Below, one piece after another: positions 28,573-38,454 of a DNA stretch of 51,165 nt. Within the stretch, counting starts at the first letter, position 1; each line of letters begins with the position of its first letter. Below the pieces are notes generated by a model. It was not told where the DNA came from, did no database searches, and was given only the letters and a program-made list of their open reading frames with translations. The translations under genes and the position numbers were made by a program. The stretch is from a bacterium (GTDB lineage: Bacteria > Patescibacteriota > Minisyncoccia > Phycocordibacterales > Zambryskibacteraceae), in assembly GCA_030649135.1 (NCBI GenBank), contig JAUSGI010000007.1, positions 1 through 51,165 of the forward strand. Direction: 5' to 3'.

Positions 28573-31500
28573 GTTCGATGTTAGTTGCTCTCTCTATTTC
28601 GGTCATATGTTTTTTGAAAAATTCTTCTTCACCCATCGGCGGAGTAAACTTCATCTTGTCGTTAGGTTTTAGTCCTTTCTCTTTACGCAGATCCTGAATA
28701 GCGCGTATTGCATCACGCACCTTCCCTTCTTCAAGAAGTTCGGAAGTGAGATTGGTATCGAGCTCTACCCCGCCAATATCTTTATGTATCACTTCTTTGA
28801 CATTTATTTCATCTTTAATTAATTCTATATACCCGGTATTCAGACCATTAATTCTGGCTTCCAGTTTTCGTAATGGCTGACGTACTTTTATATTTGCTTT
28901 TGAACGCGCCTCCAAAGCCAGGGACACAATTGTTCTTGTCTCTGACATATTCCTTAGAAGTTTTTTACCGGTATACCCCATGAGTATTACGTGGTACAAC
29001 CTCCTTCCACCCTCCGGCCATTTTTCAAGATGAATACTCAATGGATCTTTTTCTCTTCTTAATTTTTGATATAAATCTTCTGCAGTAAATGGAGCGAACG
29101 GTGCAAGAAGCATAGACAATTGTTTCAAGACAAAATACAGTGTCTGCTTAGCTTTTACATCGCCAGATTTTATTCTTTCTCTAGATCGCCTTAGGTACCA
29201 AGTTGAGAGATCGTCAATAAAATCGCGTATATTTCTTACTGGCTCAAGCAACTTATAGTCATCGAGATACCCTGTATTCTCCTCGATCAGATACGTTAAC
29301 CTTTCCACTACCCAATGATCGAGGATATTATCACTAACAGGTTTCCCTCTCGACTCTAAAGACCGATCTCGATACAATTCATAGAAAGAATAGACGTTGT
29401 CAAGCGTGTTAAGCATCTTTCTCTGCTCCTCAACTGTACGCTCATCGAAATTCTTGGACTCCCCAGGCTGGTTAACTGCGTACATCCATAGGCGAAGTGC
29501 ATCAATTCCGTATTTATCCATCATTTCCCACGGATCTACCACATTTCCGACAGACTTACTCATCTTCTTACCGTCTTTGTCGAGAAGATGCCCGAGACAA
29601 ACTACATTTTTATACGCCAGACCTCTTTCCATTAAAACTCCTATGGCGTGGAGTGTGTAGAACCACCCACGGGTTTGGTCTATCGCTTCAGAAATAAAAT
29701 CAGCAGGATAGAGAATATTTTGGGGGTCTTGAGCAAATGGCATTGCTCCTGAATCAAACCAGACATCCAGCACTTCTTTTACCCTTCTATATTCTTCACC
29801 ATCTTTAACCAGCATTATCTCATCTATGTAAGGCTTATGCAGATCCAGTTCAAAGTCTTCGTTGTGTGGCAACGGAGCAAAATCTAGTTTCCGCACTTCC
29901 CCGGTACGAGGCATATCTTCAGCAACAAACTTCAATTGATTTCCGCTAGCCACCTTCTCAAGCCGTGCAATCGGTTCGCCGTGAGAAATTATGAGAATAT
30001 TTTTATTTTTATATTTGCTTTCGATTTCGAACATAAATTCACCTACTCGGTGTTGTATTTGTGTGCCATCTTCATTGGGCCCAGTCTCTCGCAATCGTTC
30101 ATCCTGTATAAAATCTTTCGCGATAATTTCCGCTGTTTCGCGAGCGCGCAGAAAAGGCGAAGAGAAGATAAGGTCAAATTTCGTACCATTTATCTTTTCT
30201 GCTTCTTTTTTCCCCTTATCGGTCAAGTGATTATCCGGGTCCCCGACGAGGTCAAGAACGTTTTTGGCGTTACTTTCCGCTTCGCCATGCCGCATCACAA
30301 AATATTTGTTGCCACTAGTCTTCGTGTATTTCTTGAGAGTCTCGAGAGAGCCTACTACTATCCTTTGCGAACCATCGACGTTTTGCCAGATAGGTAGTGG
30401 CGTACCCCAGTAGCGCTCTCGTGAGATAGCCCAGTCTTTAACCTCTCGGAGCCATTCACCGAATCTACCTTCTCTGATATGCTCTGGTTCCCAATTAATC
30501 TTTTTATTCTCCTCTACAAGATTATCTCGCAATTCGGACATCCTTATGTACCACGAATCACGAGCGTAATATATGAGACGAGTTTTGCATCTCCAACAAA
30601 ATGGATATGAGTGAGTGTAGGATTCTTTATCGAGAAGAAGATTTCGATTCTGTAAATCTTTAAGAATCTCTATTGCTGTAGACTCTTCGACTACTGATTT
30701 CCCTGCAATAAATCCAGTTTCTGGCTTAAAGTACCCAGTCTCGTCGACCAAATGATGCTTGGGCAAACCTACTTTTGTACCAAGCACAAAATCATCTTGG
30801 CCGTACATAACAGCAGTATGAACTATGCCTGTGCCATCTTCCGCGGTGACGAAATCTGCCGCATAAACTTTGTGAGAATTTTCATTGCTAGGAGAGAATC
30901 CATAAAGCGGCTCATATTCTAGTCCAACCAAATCTTTTCCTAAAAATTCTTCTGGGTCTAAGCCAGGCCATTTATGCGCAAGTTTTTTTGCTACGATGTA
31001 AAATTCGCCAGCCCATTTGTACTTGACATATTCAATATCTTTATCTACCGCTAACGCAACATTGCCTGGAAGAGTCCAGGGAGTGGTGGTCCAAGCAACT
31101 AGATAGGTATTTTCTTGCCCAACGACTTTAAACTTAACGTAAAGCGAAATGTCTTTTACTTCCTGATATCCCTGCGCTAGTTCATGACTGGAAAGCGCTG
31201 TTCCGCAACGCGGACACCAGGGCAAAACCTTATAGTCCTTATAGAGTAATTTACGCTCCTCTACGTGCGCAAGAATCGACCACACTGACTCGATGTATGA
31301 ATTGTTATAGGTAAAATATGCGTCATCAAGATTCACCCAGTAACCAATGCGGTCGGTAAATTTAGCCCAGTCGCCGATATATTTCTGAACACTCGCCCTA
31401 CATGCCTTATTAAATTTAGCGATGCCGTATTTTTCAATTTCTTTTTTTGACTGAAGGCCCAGAGTTTTCTCAACCTCAAGCTCTACCGGTAGACCATGAG

Positions 31501-31747
31501 TATCCCAACCAGCTTTTCTCGGCACACGGAAGCCCCGCATAGTCTTATATCGAGGGATAGCGTCCTTAAAAGCACGCGCTTCGAGATGGTGTATGGCTGG
31601 TCGACCATTGGCTGTTGGCGGACCTTCGTAGAAGACAAAGTCACCTTTTGGAGATTTCTTCTCCAAAGTTTTCTCAAATATTTTGTGCTCTTTCCAGAAT
31701 TGGAGAATTTTCTCCTCTCTTTGAGCGCGTTCGGACTTCTCTCTCAT
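28562..31747 (-). CDS. ileS: Isoleucyl-tRNA synthetase carrying an inserted histidine-phosphatase (PGAM-like) domain
   Basis: GWDTHGLP, the CP1 editing region (WTTTPWTLPGN), EG-type DQTRGWFY and KMSKSVGNVVDP. About 150 aa between PLPIW and DLHKPYID (aa ~478-625, nt ~29875-30316) contain RHGE...SHGEPI, which is alien to IleRS. Confidence 0.85.
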   Translation of the reverse strand: MREKSERAQREEKILQFWKEHKIFEKTLEKKSPKGDFVFYEGPPTANGRPAIHHLEARAFKDAIPRYKTMRGFRVPRKAGWDTHGLPVELEVEKTLGLQSKKEIEKYGIAKFNKACRASVQKYIGDWAKFTDRIGYWVNLDDAYFTYNNSYIESVWSILAHVEERKLLYKDYKVLPWCPRCGTALSSHELAQGYQEVKDISLYVKFKVVGQENTYLVAWTTTPWTLPGNVALAVDKDIEYVKYKWAGEFYIVAKKLAHKWPGLDPEEFLGKDLVGLEYEPLYGFSPSNENSHKVYAADFVTAEDGTGIVHTAVMYGQDDFVLGTKVGLPKHHLVDETGYFKPETGFIAGKSVVEESTAIEILKDLQNRNLLLDKESYTHSYPFCWRCKTRLIYYARDSWYIRMSELRDNLVEENKKINWEPEHIREGRFGEWLREVKDWAISRERYWGTPLPIWQNVDGSQRIVVGSLETLKKYTKTSGNKYFVMRHGEAESNAKNVLDLVGDPDNHLTDKGKKEAEKINGTKFDLIFSSPFLRARETAEIIAKDFIQDERLRETGPNEDGTQIQHRVGEFMFEIESKYKNKNILIISHGEPIARLEKVASGNQLKFVAEDMPRTGEVRKLDFAPLPHNEDFELDLHKPYIDEIMLVKDGEEYRRVKEVLDVWFDSGAMPFAQDPQNILYPADFISEAIDQTRGWFYTLHAIGVLMERGLAYKNVVCLGHLLDKDGKKMSKSVGNVVDPWEMMDKYGIDALRLWMYAVNQPGESKNFDERTVEEQRKMLNTLDNVYSFYELYRDRSLESRGKPVSDNILDHWVVERLTYLIEENTGYLDDYKLLEPVRNIRDFIDDLSTWYLRRSRERIKSGDVKAKQTLYFVLKQLSMLLAPFAPFTAEDLYQKLRREKDPLSIHLEKWPEGGRRLYHVILMGYTGKKLLRNMSETRTIVSLALEARSKANIKVRQPLRKLEARINGLNTGYIELIKDEINVKEVIHKDIGGVELDTNLTSELLEEGKVRDAIRAIQDLRKEKGLKPNDKMKFTPPMGEEEFFKKHMTEIERATNIELEY

Positions 31748-31754
31748 ATTTTGG

Positions 31755-32327
31755 CTATTTTAACACTTCTTTGGCTCCTTTCAAAAGATTTTGCACGAGG
31801 GCAGTGAGTTCGGCAACTGCCTGTTCAAGGTTATCGTTCACTATAATATGGTTAAACTTTTTGCTCGCTTCTATTTCAATTTCAGCTCTAGCGAGACGTG
31901 TGCGTATAGATTCCTCGGAATCCTTGCCTCGTGTCCTTATGCGTTTCTCCAGTTCATCGAGCGAAGGCGGGCTGATGAAAATAAGCTTTGCCTCCGGAAA
32001 CTTGGATTTAATCTGAAGCGCCCCGGACACATCGAGTTCGATAAGTACATCCCCCGATTCGAGTGCTTTCTCCAATGAAATTTTAGAGGTCCCGTATAGA
32101 TTATTAAAATGCTCATCACTTTCCGCAAATAAATCCAGGGACTTCATCCGTTCAAACTCGCCCCGAGTAACGAAATGATATTGAACACCATTTTGGTCCC
32201 CCTCTCGCATGGGTCTGGTAGTATAGCTGACGGGAATCTGAAAAAGCGGAAACTTTCGTCTAATCTCCGTAATGAGCGTCTCTTTTCCCACGCCCGATGG
32301 GCCAGAAATAATAATGAGAACGGACAT
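31755..32327 (-). CDS. gmk: Guanylate kinase
   Basis: P-loop ISGPSGVGKETL and the YTTRPMREGD...G.YHFV GMP-binding region. Confidence 0.9.
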   Translation of the reverse strand: MSVLIIISGPSGVGKETLITEIRRKFPLFQIPVSYTTRPMREGDQNGVQYHFVTRGEFERMKSLDLFAESDEHFNNLYGTSKISLEKALESGDVLIELDVSGALQIKSKFPEAKLIFISPPSLDELEKRIRTRGKDSEESIRTRLARAEIEIEASKKFNHIIVNDNLEQAVAELTALVQNLLKGAKEVLK

Positions 32328-32330
32328 AGA

Positions 32331-33929
32331 TTACATTCTTTCTGGAGTTGGGATGCCTAAAATATCTAAACCATTTTTCATTACGATATTAAAGGCTTTG
32401 GTGATAGCCAGGCGATAGGGAGATTCTGGAGAATCACCAATAATTTGCTCATGCGCATAGAAATTGTTGAAGCTCCCCGCAAGCTCTGTCAGATACGTAA
32501 CGATATAGTGAGGAGCATATTCTTTGCCAGCTCTCTCGACTACTTCCGGAAATCTATACAGAAGCTTTTCGATCCCATGAGTTTCCCTTAAGGTCAGACC
32601 TTGAGAATCAGTACTTAAGGTCTGACCTTGGGAATCTGCCCTCTCCAAAAGAGAGTTGGTACGTGCATATGCATATTGGAGATACACCCCGGAGTCCCCT
32701 TCGGTAGAGACGGATTTATCGATATCAAAAACAATGTCATTCCCTATCGCCTGCCGTAGAATCATGTATTTGATGGCCCCGATAGCCACCGCCTCGTCAC
32801 CCTTCACCTTCTTCTTTACTTCTTCAATTAACGCCTCGGCAGTGATGACATCTCCAGTTCTGGATGACATCTTGCCAGTAGGTAAACGGAGCATGCCGTG
32901 AGGCAAATGTTTAGTTTTTTCTGCCAGTTCTGGAAAAGTCAATTTCATAGCAGCCAGAAGTACTTTGAAATAGTCCTTAATCTCATTTCCAGTTACCACA
33001 ATAGATTTGGTATATGGATATTTCTCAAATTTAATTTTCGCTAAACCTAATTCTTTGGCCTCGTATGTTGGCAAACCGGCAGAACTTATAAAAACACGGG
33101 TATGAAGGGCCGGGTCGTATTTCTCCGCATGGAAAACGACAGCGCTGTCGCTTTCTTCAAATATCTTGCCTTTATTTTTTTCAACAATCTCTTTGCCGAT
33201 TTTTCCACCATCACTCTCGAAGAAAAAATAGTCAAACTTGGTACCAAGTCTTTTATAAATTGAATCAAAGTATTCGAGACTCAATTTTTTACCTTCATCA
33301 TAAACCTTGTTTATCTCCTCATCAGAGTGTTCGTATATCTTTTTATTTATTTCTTGAATCTCTTTCTTAGATTCGTCAGCTTCCTCATACGCTTTCGCTC
33401 CGGCCGGATATGGTTCCTTTTCTCCTCTTAATAGCCCCCAGACTGCTTTGGCCACATGGATACCTACGTCTCCCTGATAACAAGCCTGTTTAACCTCTGC
33501 ACCATTCCACGCGAAGACATTTGCCACGGTTGAACCGATAACGTTGGGCATAAGATGACCAATATGGAATTCTTTAAATGGATTCGGGTCGGTATGTTCG
33601 ACCATCACTTTCTCTCCCTTAAGATTTTCATTTTTACCAAACTCATTTTCCCGCTCGATAACCTCACCAATACTTTTCTTAAAAAATTCTGTTGACAGAT
33701 AGAAATTTACAAATCCTCCCCCAGCACCCCTAACTTCTTCTACATAGTACGGTTTATTAGAATTTAAGTAGACAACTATCTTTTGGTGTAATAAATGATC
33801 TTTGCCTCCAAGATGAAAAGAGTAGTCGCCATTTCTTAAATCAGTCGGATGCTCCACGACAAAGTCCCCCGCTTCTATACCAAGCGACTTCAGGGCTTCT
33901 GTTATTAACTTCCGGAGTTTTTCTTTCAT
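32331..33929 (-). CDS. argS: Arginyl-tRNA synthetase
   Basis: HIGH-type motif (FHIGHL), ArgRS N-terminal add-1 domain, and C-terminal DALR-like region ending ...ERM. An in-frame 24-bp tandem duplication lies at ~32590-32640. Confidence 0.88.
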   Translation of the reverse strand: MKEKLRKLITEALKSLGIEAGDFVVEHPTDLRNGDYSFHLGGKDHLLHQKIVVYLNSNKPYYVEEVRGAGGGFVNFYLSTEFFKKSIGEVIERENEFGKNENLKGEKVMVEHTDPNPFKEFHIGHLMPNVIGSTVANVFAWNGAEVKQACYQGDVGIHVAKAVWGLLRGEKEPYPAGAKAYEEADESKKEIQEINKKIYEHSDEEINKVYDEGKKLSLEYFDSIYKRLGTKFDYFFFESDGGKIGKEIVEKNKGKIFEESDSAVVFHAEKYDPALHTRVFISSAGLPTYEAKELGLAKIKFEKYPYTKSIVVTGNEIKDYFKVLLAAMKLTFPELAEKTKHLPHGMLRLPTGKMSSRTGDVITAEALIEEVKKKVKGDEAVAIGAIKYMILRQAIGNDIVFDIDKSVSTEGDSGVYLQYAYARTNSLLERADSQGQTLSTDSQGLTLRETHGIEKLLYRFPEVVERAGKEYAPHYIVTYLTELAGSFNNFYAHEQIIGDSPESPYRLAITKAFNIVMKNGLDILGIPTPERM

Positions 33930-33934
33930 TTAAA

Positions 33935-34528
33935 TTATTTTGCCCCTTTTTTACTTTTCAGCCATTTGCTGGTCAAAGCTTTATGCCAGGTATTGGAATC
34001 GGCTTTTTCTATCTCATCCCACATCCTTTTGGCGGTTTTGGTATAAAGTTTTTTTGCTCTAATAGTAGGCCGATGGTCTTTCCGCATACCGATGGCGGCG
34101 GAGTCACCAATTCTGGCCAATTCCTTGAGTTCCAGGTCAACGTCCAAATTATCCGCATCTTTGACAATTTTTGCTTCGAGAGACTGCCGTTCGGCATATT
34201 CTTTCAAAAGTGCGTATGCTTCTTTCTCCAACATAGTATCTTGAAAGATATGGGCTTCCGCCAACGCTTCGTGTCTCTCGACATATTCCCTATGCATAAA
34301 TGCGATATCACCCGCTCTGGACTCGGCAATGTCGTGAACGAGGCACATTTTCAGCACTTTGGACACATCGGCTTTTTCGGCAACGGCAATAATCCAGCCA
34401 ATCATCGTGGTTCGAAAAAGATGTTCGGATATATTCTGTGCTTTCCCGGTTAAAATTTGCTGCCACGCTCTAGGCACATTCCGTAGTGACCCAATCTCGA
34501 ATAAAAACTCTATATCTCGTTTTGCCAT
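33935..34528 (-). CDS. HD-domain phosphohydrolase (YfbR-like 5'-nucleotidase family)
   Basis: H...HD...D motif (LVHDIAESRAGD). Confidence 0.7.
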   Translation of the reverse strand: MAKRDIEFLFEIGSLRNVPRAWQQILTGKAQNISEHLFRTTMIGWIIAVAEKADVSKVLKMCLVHDIAESRAGDIAFMHREYVERHEALAEAHIFQDTMLEKEAYALLKEYAERQSLEAKIVKDADNLDVDLELKELARIGDSAAIGMRKDHRPTIRAKKLYTKTAKRMWDEIEKADSNTWHKALTSKWLKSKKGAK

Positions 34529-34529
34529 G

Positions 34530-35702
34530 TCATTTCTTTAAAATTTCATCAATTTTTTGGGCAATCTTTTTCATATCTTTCTCTTTCTTGCCCCGAGTAG
34601 TCTCGGCCGCTGTGCCAAGGCGTAGGCCCGATGGGTCCATAGGGCTTCTTGTCTCTCCCGGTATAGTATTTTTATTAACGATAATCCCCGCTTTTTCTAG
34701 TTTATCACTCGCTTCTTTGCCGGAAACCCCCTTCCCATCCATCCAAGTATCAACCAAGACCAGGTGCGTATCTGTACCGCCGGACACGATTCTCCAACCT
34801 AACCGTTTCAATTCACCCGCTAATACTTGAGCATTCTTGACTACCTGCTTGGCATATTTTTTGAATGCCGGTGACCCCGCCTCTTTGAGCGCCACAGCCA
34901 CTGCGGCAATTTGATTTAGATGAGGGCCCCCTTGAAGTCCCGGAAAAACTGCTTTGTCTATTTTTTTATATAATTCGCGATTATCAATCCTGGAAAAAAT
35001 GAGCGCGCTCCTTGGCCCGCGCAATGTTTTGTGCGTGGTGGTGGTAACCACGTCGGCATAAGGAAACGGGGATGGGCACGCATTGCCCGCAACCAGTCCA
35101 GCCGTGTGCGACAAGTCCACCATCAAGTATGCGCCGGACAAATCGGTAATTTTCCTAAACCTTTTAAAATCAACAACTCTTGGATAGGCGGTAAAGCCAG
35201 CGACTATGATATTCGGCTTCTCTTTCTTGGCCAATTTTGCCACTGCCTCATAGTCAATTTGCTCCGTTTTAGAATTAACCCCGTACTGAACCGCTCTCCA
35301 AAATTTGCCTGTCGCCGATACCTTGTGGCCATGTGTCAGGTGTCCACCTTCTGTTAAGGACATGCCCATGACAGTTCCACCAAGCGGCACTAACCCGAGA
35401 TAGACAGCGAGATTGGCCGGAGAACCGGATAGCGCTTGCACATTGACATGCCATTTTGAGGGGGAGAGTTTAAAAAGTTTTAATGCGCGGGCTTGGCATA
35501 AATCTTCAACCTTGTCGGAGATTTCATTGCCGCCATAGTAGCGATGTCCTGAATATCCTTCCGCGTATTTATTGGTAAACTCCGAACCCAGCGCATCCAA
35601 AACATCTTGCGAAACATAATTTTCTGACGCAATAAGGTTGATAACACTCTTCTGGCGCTTCTCCTCCTGCTCGACTAGTTTGGCAACTTCTTTGTCTTTC
35701 AT
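34530..35702 (-). CDS. glyA: Serine hydroxymethyltransferase
   Basis: SHMT signature around the PLP-Lys (TTTTHKTLRGPR). Confidence 0.92.
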   Translation of the reverse strand: MKDKEVAKLVEQEEKRQKSVINLIASENYVSQDVLDALGSEFTNKYAEGYSGHRYYGGNEISDKVEDLCQARALKLFKLSPSKWHVNVQALSGSPANLAVYLGLVPLGGTVMGMSLTEGGHLTHGHKVSATGKFWRAVQYGVNSKTEQIDYEAVAKLAKKEKPNIIVAGFTAYPRVVDFKRFRKITDLSGAYLMVDLSHTAGLVAGNACPSPFPYADVVTTTTHKTLRGPRSALIFSRIDNRELYKKIDKAVFPGLQGGPHLNQIAAVAVALKEAGSPAFKKYAKQVVKNAQVLAGELKRLGWRIVSGGTDTHLVLVDTWMDGKGVSGKEASDKLEKAGIIVNKNTIPGETRSPMDPSGLRLGTAAETTRGKKEKDMKKIAQKIDEILKK

Positions 35703-36653
35703 TTAGCTATGAAGTTTCGGATTAAATCCGCCCACCACACTTAATTCAGCCTTAATTGGAGGGTGTGGGTCATAACCCTCGAGTTTAACCTGACTGGGTG
35801 AAAATGAATCAAGTGTTATATCACCTTCAATCGAAACTTGCGGAAATAGTTTAGGTTCACGAGAGAGTTGTTCTTTTACTTGCTCCCGATGGTTTTCATA
35901 GATGTGGAAATCACCAAAGGTATGAATATATTCTCCAGGTTCGCGACCTAAAATCTTGGCGATAATGATCGCAAGTAATGCGTAACTCGCGATATTGAAC
36001 GGCACCCCCAGAAACATATCCGCGCTACGCTGATAGAGTTGGAGGCAGACTTTGCCTTTCTTAATATTCAACTGGTAAAGGTTGTGGCAGATTGGAAATT
36101 TTGACGCCTCGCCGGGTTGAGCCATCGAGTAAAGATACTGTGGGTTCCATGATGTGACTAGGGTGTTGTGAGCATCCGGGTCTTTGCGTAATTCATCCAC
36201 CACCCAGGCCAACTGGTCAATGGCACGGCCATCAGTGCTCGGCCATTTGCGCCAGAGTTCCCCGTAGATTCGCGGCAACACACCATTAGCCGCCGCAAAA
36301 ACAGAATCATTTTTAATTTTCTCTATAAACTCATCTTTTGATTCGTCGTTACCAGTCTTCTCCTTATAAATCTTGTAGGGATAGTCATCCCAGATGTGGA
36401 CGTTGTTGTCCACCAAATATTTAATATTGTTCTGTCCAGACAAAAACCAGTACAGTTCTTGCAATACTCCATTCCAGTAAACTTTCTTAGTAGTTAAAAG
36501 GGGGAAACCTTCAGAAAGATCGAAGCGTATCTGGGCGCCAAACGCGCTGTAAGTTTTTACCCCTGTCCCTTTATCAACTTGCTCCTCGCCTTCTTCATAA
36601 ACTTTTCTTAATAAATCCAGATACTGATACTCCGGGTGTTTATTGTTATTCAT
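35703..36653 (-). CDS. thyA: Thymidylate synthase (ThyA)
   Basis: ThyA family blocks and an active-site Cys region. Confidence 0.9.
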   Translation of the reverse strand: MNNNKHPEYQYLDLLRKVYEEGEEQVDKGTGVKTYSAFGAQIRFDLSEGFPLLTTKKVYWNGVLQELYWFLSGQNNIKYLVDNNVHIWDDYPYKIYKEKTGNDESKDEFIEKIKNDSVFAAANGVLPRIYGELWRKWPSTDGRAIDQLAWVVDELRKDPDAHNTLVTSWNPQYLYSMAQPGEASKFPICHNLYQLNIKKGKVCLQLYQRSADMFLGVPFNIASYALLAIIIAKILGREPGEYIHTFGDFHIYENHREQVKEQLSREPKLFPQVSIEGDITLDSFSPSQVKLEGYDPHPPIKAELSVVGGFNPKLHS

Positions 36654-36654
36654 A

Positions 36655-37215
36655 TTATTTTTTCTTTTTTGCTATTACTTTTGGCGGGATAAATCCGACC
36701 ACATTATTTTTCGCGTAGCGACCCTTTTCGCGATAATTTTGTTCTGTATCGCTAGACAGAGTGGAGAAAGTAATTTGGGCGATGGCCATGCCGGGACGGA
36801 GAATAATCGGCACGTTATTAAGGTTACAAAGCTCGAGAGCCACGTGTAAGAAATGGCCGGGGTTAATCATGGCGGCGCTATTGTGGACCAAAAGACCTAT
36901 ACGCGCCAGAGAACTTTTACCATTCACTTCTATCAGATAATGGTCAGAGCCAAAATACTCTTTGGAATAACCGAGGATACTCACCCCGGGATGGAGAACG
37001 AAGGCCTCACCATCCTTAATGTTTACCTCATGGGTCTTGGGAAAGACTTTGTTTGCCGGGTCGATGAAACTGGTGGTGTGAGCATCGTTAATGACAAACT
37101 TGTTGCCAAGTGAAATATCGTAACTCGCCGGCTGGAGTTTGTGCACCAGGAAAGGTTTGAGGGTTACCTCACCACTTTTGATTGCCTGTTTGATGTCTCG
37201 GTCTGATAAAAACAT
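36655..37215 (-). CDS. dcd: dCTP deaminase
   Basis: MFLSDRDIKQAI start and dUTPase-like beta fold motifs. Confidence 0.85.
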   Translation of the reverse strand: MFLSDRDIKQAIKSGEVTLKPFLVHKLQPASYDISLGNKFVINDAHTTSFIDPANKVFPKTHEVNIKDGEAFVLHPGVSILGYSKEYFGSDHYLIEVNGKSSLARIGLLVHNSAAMINPGHFLHVALELCNLNNVPIILRPGMAIAQITFSTLSSDTEQNYREKGRYAKNNVVGFIPPKVIAKKKK

Positions 37216-37216
37216 T

Positions 37217-37885
37217 TTATTCTATATTAAATATTTTATCCGTTCCGTAATAATCGCGCCAATTTTTATTATAATACGCAAACATTCTTTCCAGGCGATC
37301 TTGGGGTAACTCTTCGACTCCAAAATCTTTCATAATGCCGAGCAACTCTTTTTTCACCATATCAGCAAGCGCGCGGTCAATGACCACCTGCTCAAATTCC
37401 GCGAGATACCCATAACCGGCATTTTTATCAAGACAGATGTTTGTGCCGCCCAATTTATATTCCTCCCGTTCTCGCGACCACTTGGCCTGGTATTCAAGGT
37501 CGGCGTCCAAAAGAAGTTTATCCAACTCATCCAAGGTCATTTTCATTTCCGACTCGAATTCCATTCTGGAAACACCATTGGAACTGGTATCGGAGCCGAT
37601 GGAAGCTTTAATCACAAGAATGACCTTACCATCTGTATCACGAGTACGAACCGAGAAATTACTACCCTCTTCCAGAATCTTATTAAATTTGATTTTGTCT
37701 TCTCCTTCAAGATGCGAGTTAAATTTCTCTTTAAATTTATTCACATCGCTTAATACAAAATAGTGATTGAGTTGATTGTTGCTATTGGTAAGCACGCCAC
37801 CTTTCTCTTTAATTTTATCCTTGAGCTTCTCTGCTCTCTCCGAGCTTCCAAGCAGGCTTTTGATTTCGATTTCGTATTGAGACAT
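37217..37885 (-). CDS. CYTH-domain protein (triphosphate tunnel metalloenzyme, CyaB-like)
   Basis: Starts MSQYEIEIK (the diagnostic ExExK motif). The track's longer ORF to 38101 overlaps folA and is an extension. Confidence 0.7.
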   Translation of the reverse strand: MSQYEIEIKSLLGSSERAEKLKDKIKEKGGVLTNSNNQLNHYFVLSDVNKFKEKFNSHLEGEDKIKFNKILEEGSNFSVRTRDTDGKVILVIKASIGSDTSSNGVSRMEFESEMKMTLDELDKLLLDADLEYQAKWSREREEYKLGGTNICLDKNAGYGYLAEFEQVVIDRALADMVKKELLGIMKDFGVEELPQDRLERMFAYYNKNWRDYYGTDKIFNIE

Positions 37886-37898
37886 AATTGATGGGATT

Positions 37899-38396
37899 AT
37901 GTTACCACACATTAGTATTATAGTAGCCCATTCCAAGAATATGGTCATAGGCAAGGGTAATGACCTCATTTGGGAGATCCCGGACGACCACGCCAGGTTC
38001 AAGAGAATTACCATGGGACACCCGGTACTCATGGGAAGAAAGACCTGGGAATCAATACCGGATAAATTTAGACCCTTGCCAGGGAGAACCAACTTCGTCA
38101 TTACAAGAGACAGTTCCTACTCTGCCCCAGGCGCCATTGTCACCACAAGTATTGGAGACGCATTGGCTCAAGCGCAAGCGACGCCCGGTAGCGCAGAAAT
38201 TTTCATAGTTGGCGGGGGTGAAATTTACAAGGCGGCACTGCCTCTGACAAACCGCCTCTATATAACACTGATAGACAAGGAGGTGGATGGCGACACCTTT
38301 TTCCCGGAATATTCAAATGTATTTACCAAAAAAATTTCGGAAGAATCAAAAGAATTTGAAGGACTAAAATATTCTTATCTAGTATTGGAGAGATGA
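37899..38396 (+). CDS. folA: Dihydrofolate reductase
   Basis: ISIIVAHSKNMVIGKGNDLIWEIPDDHARFKRITMGHPVLMGRKTWESIP is canonical DHFR. Confidence 0.92.
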   Translation: MLPHISIIVAHSKNMVIGKGNDLIWEIPDDHARFKRITMGHPVLMGRKTWESIPDKFRPLPGRTNFVITRDSSYSAPGAIVTTSIGDALAQAQATPGSAEIFIVGGGEIYKAALPLTNRLYITLIDKEVDGDTFFPEYSNVFTKKISEESKEFEGLKYSYLVLER

Positions 38397-38454
38397 AAGA
38401 AAAGAGTCTCCGCTTTGTGTGCGAAGACTCTATTGGCCAGCCGTTGTCCAGCGT

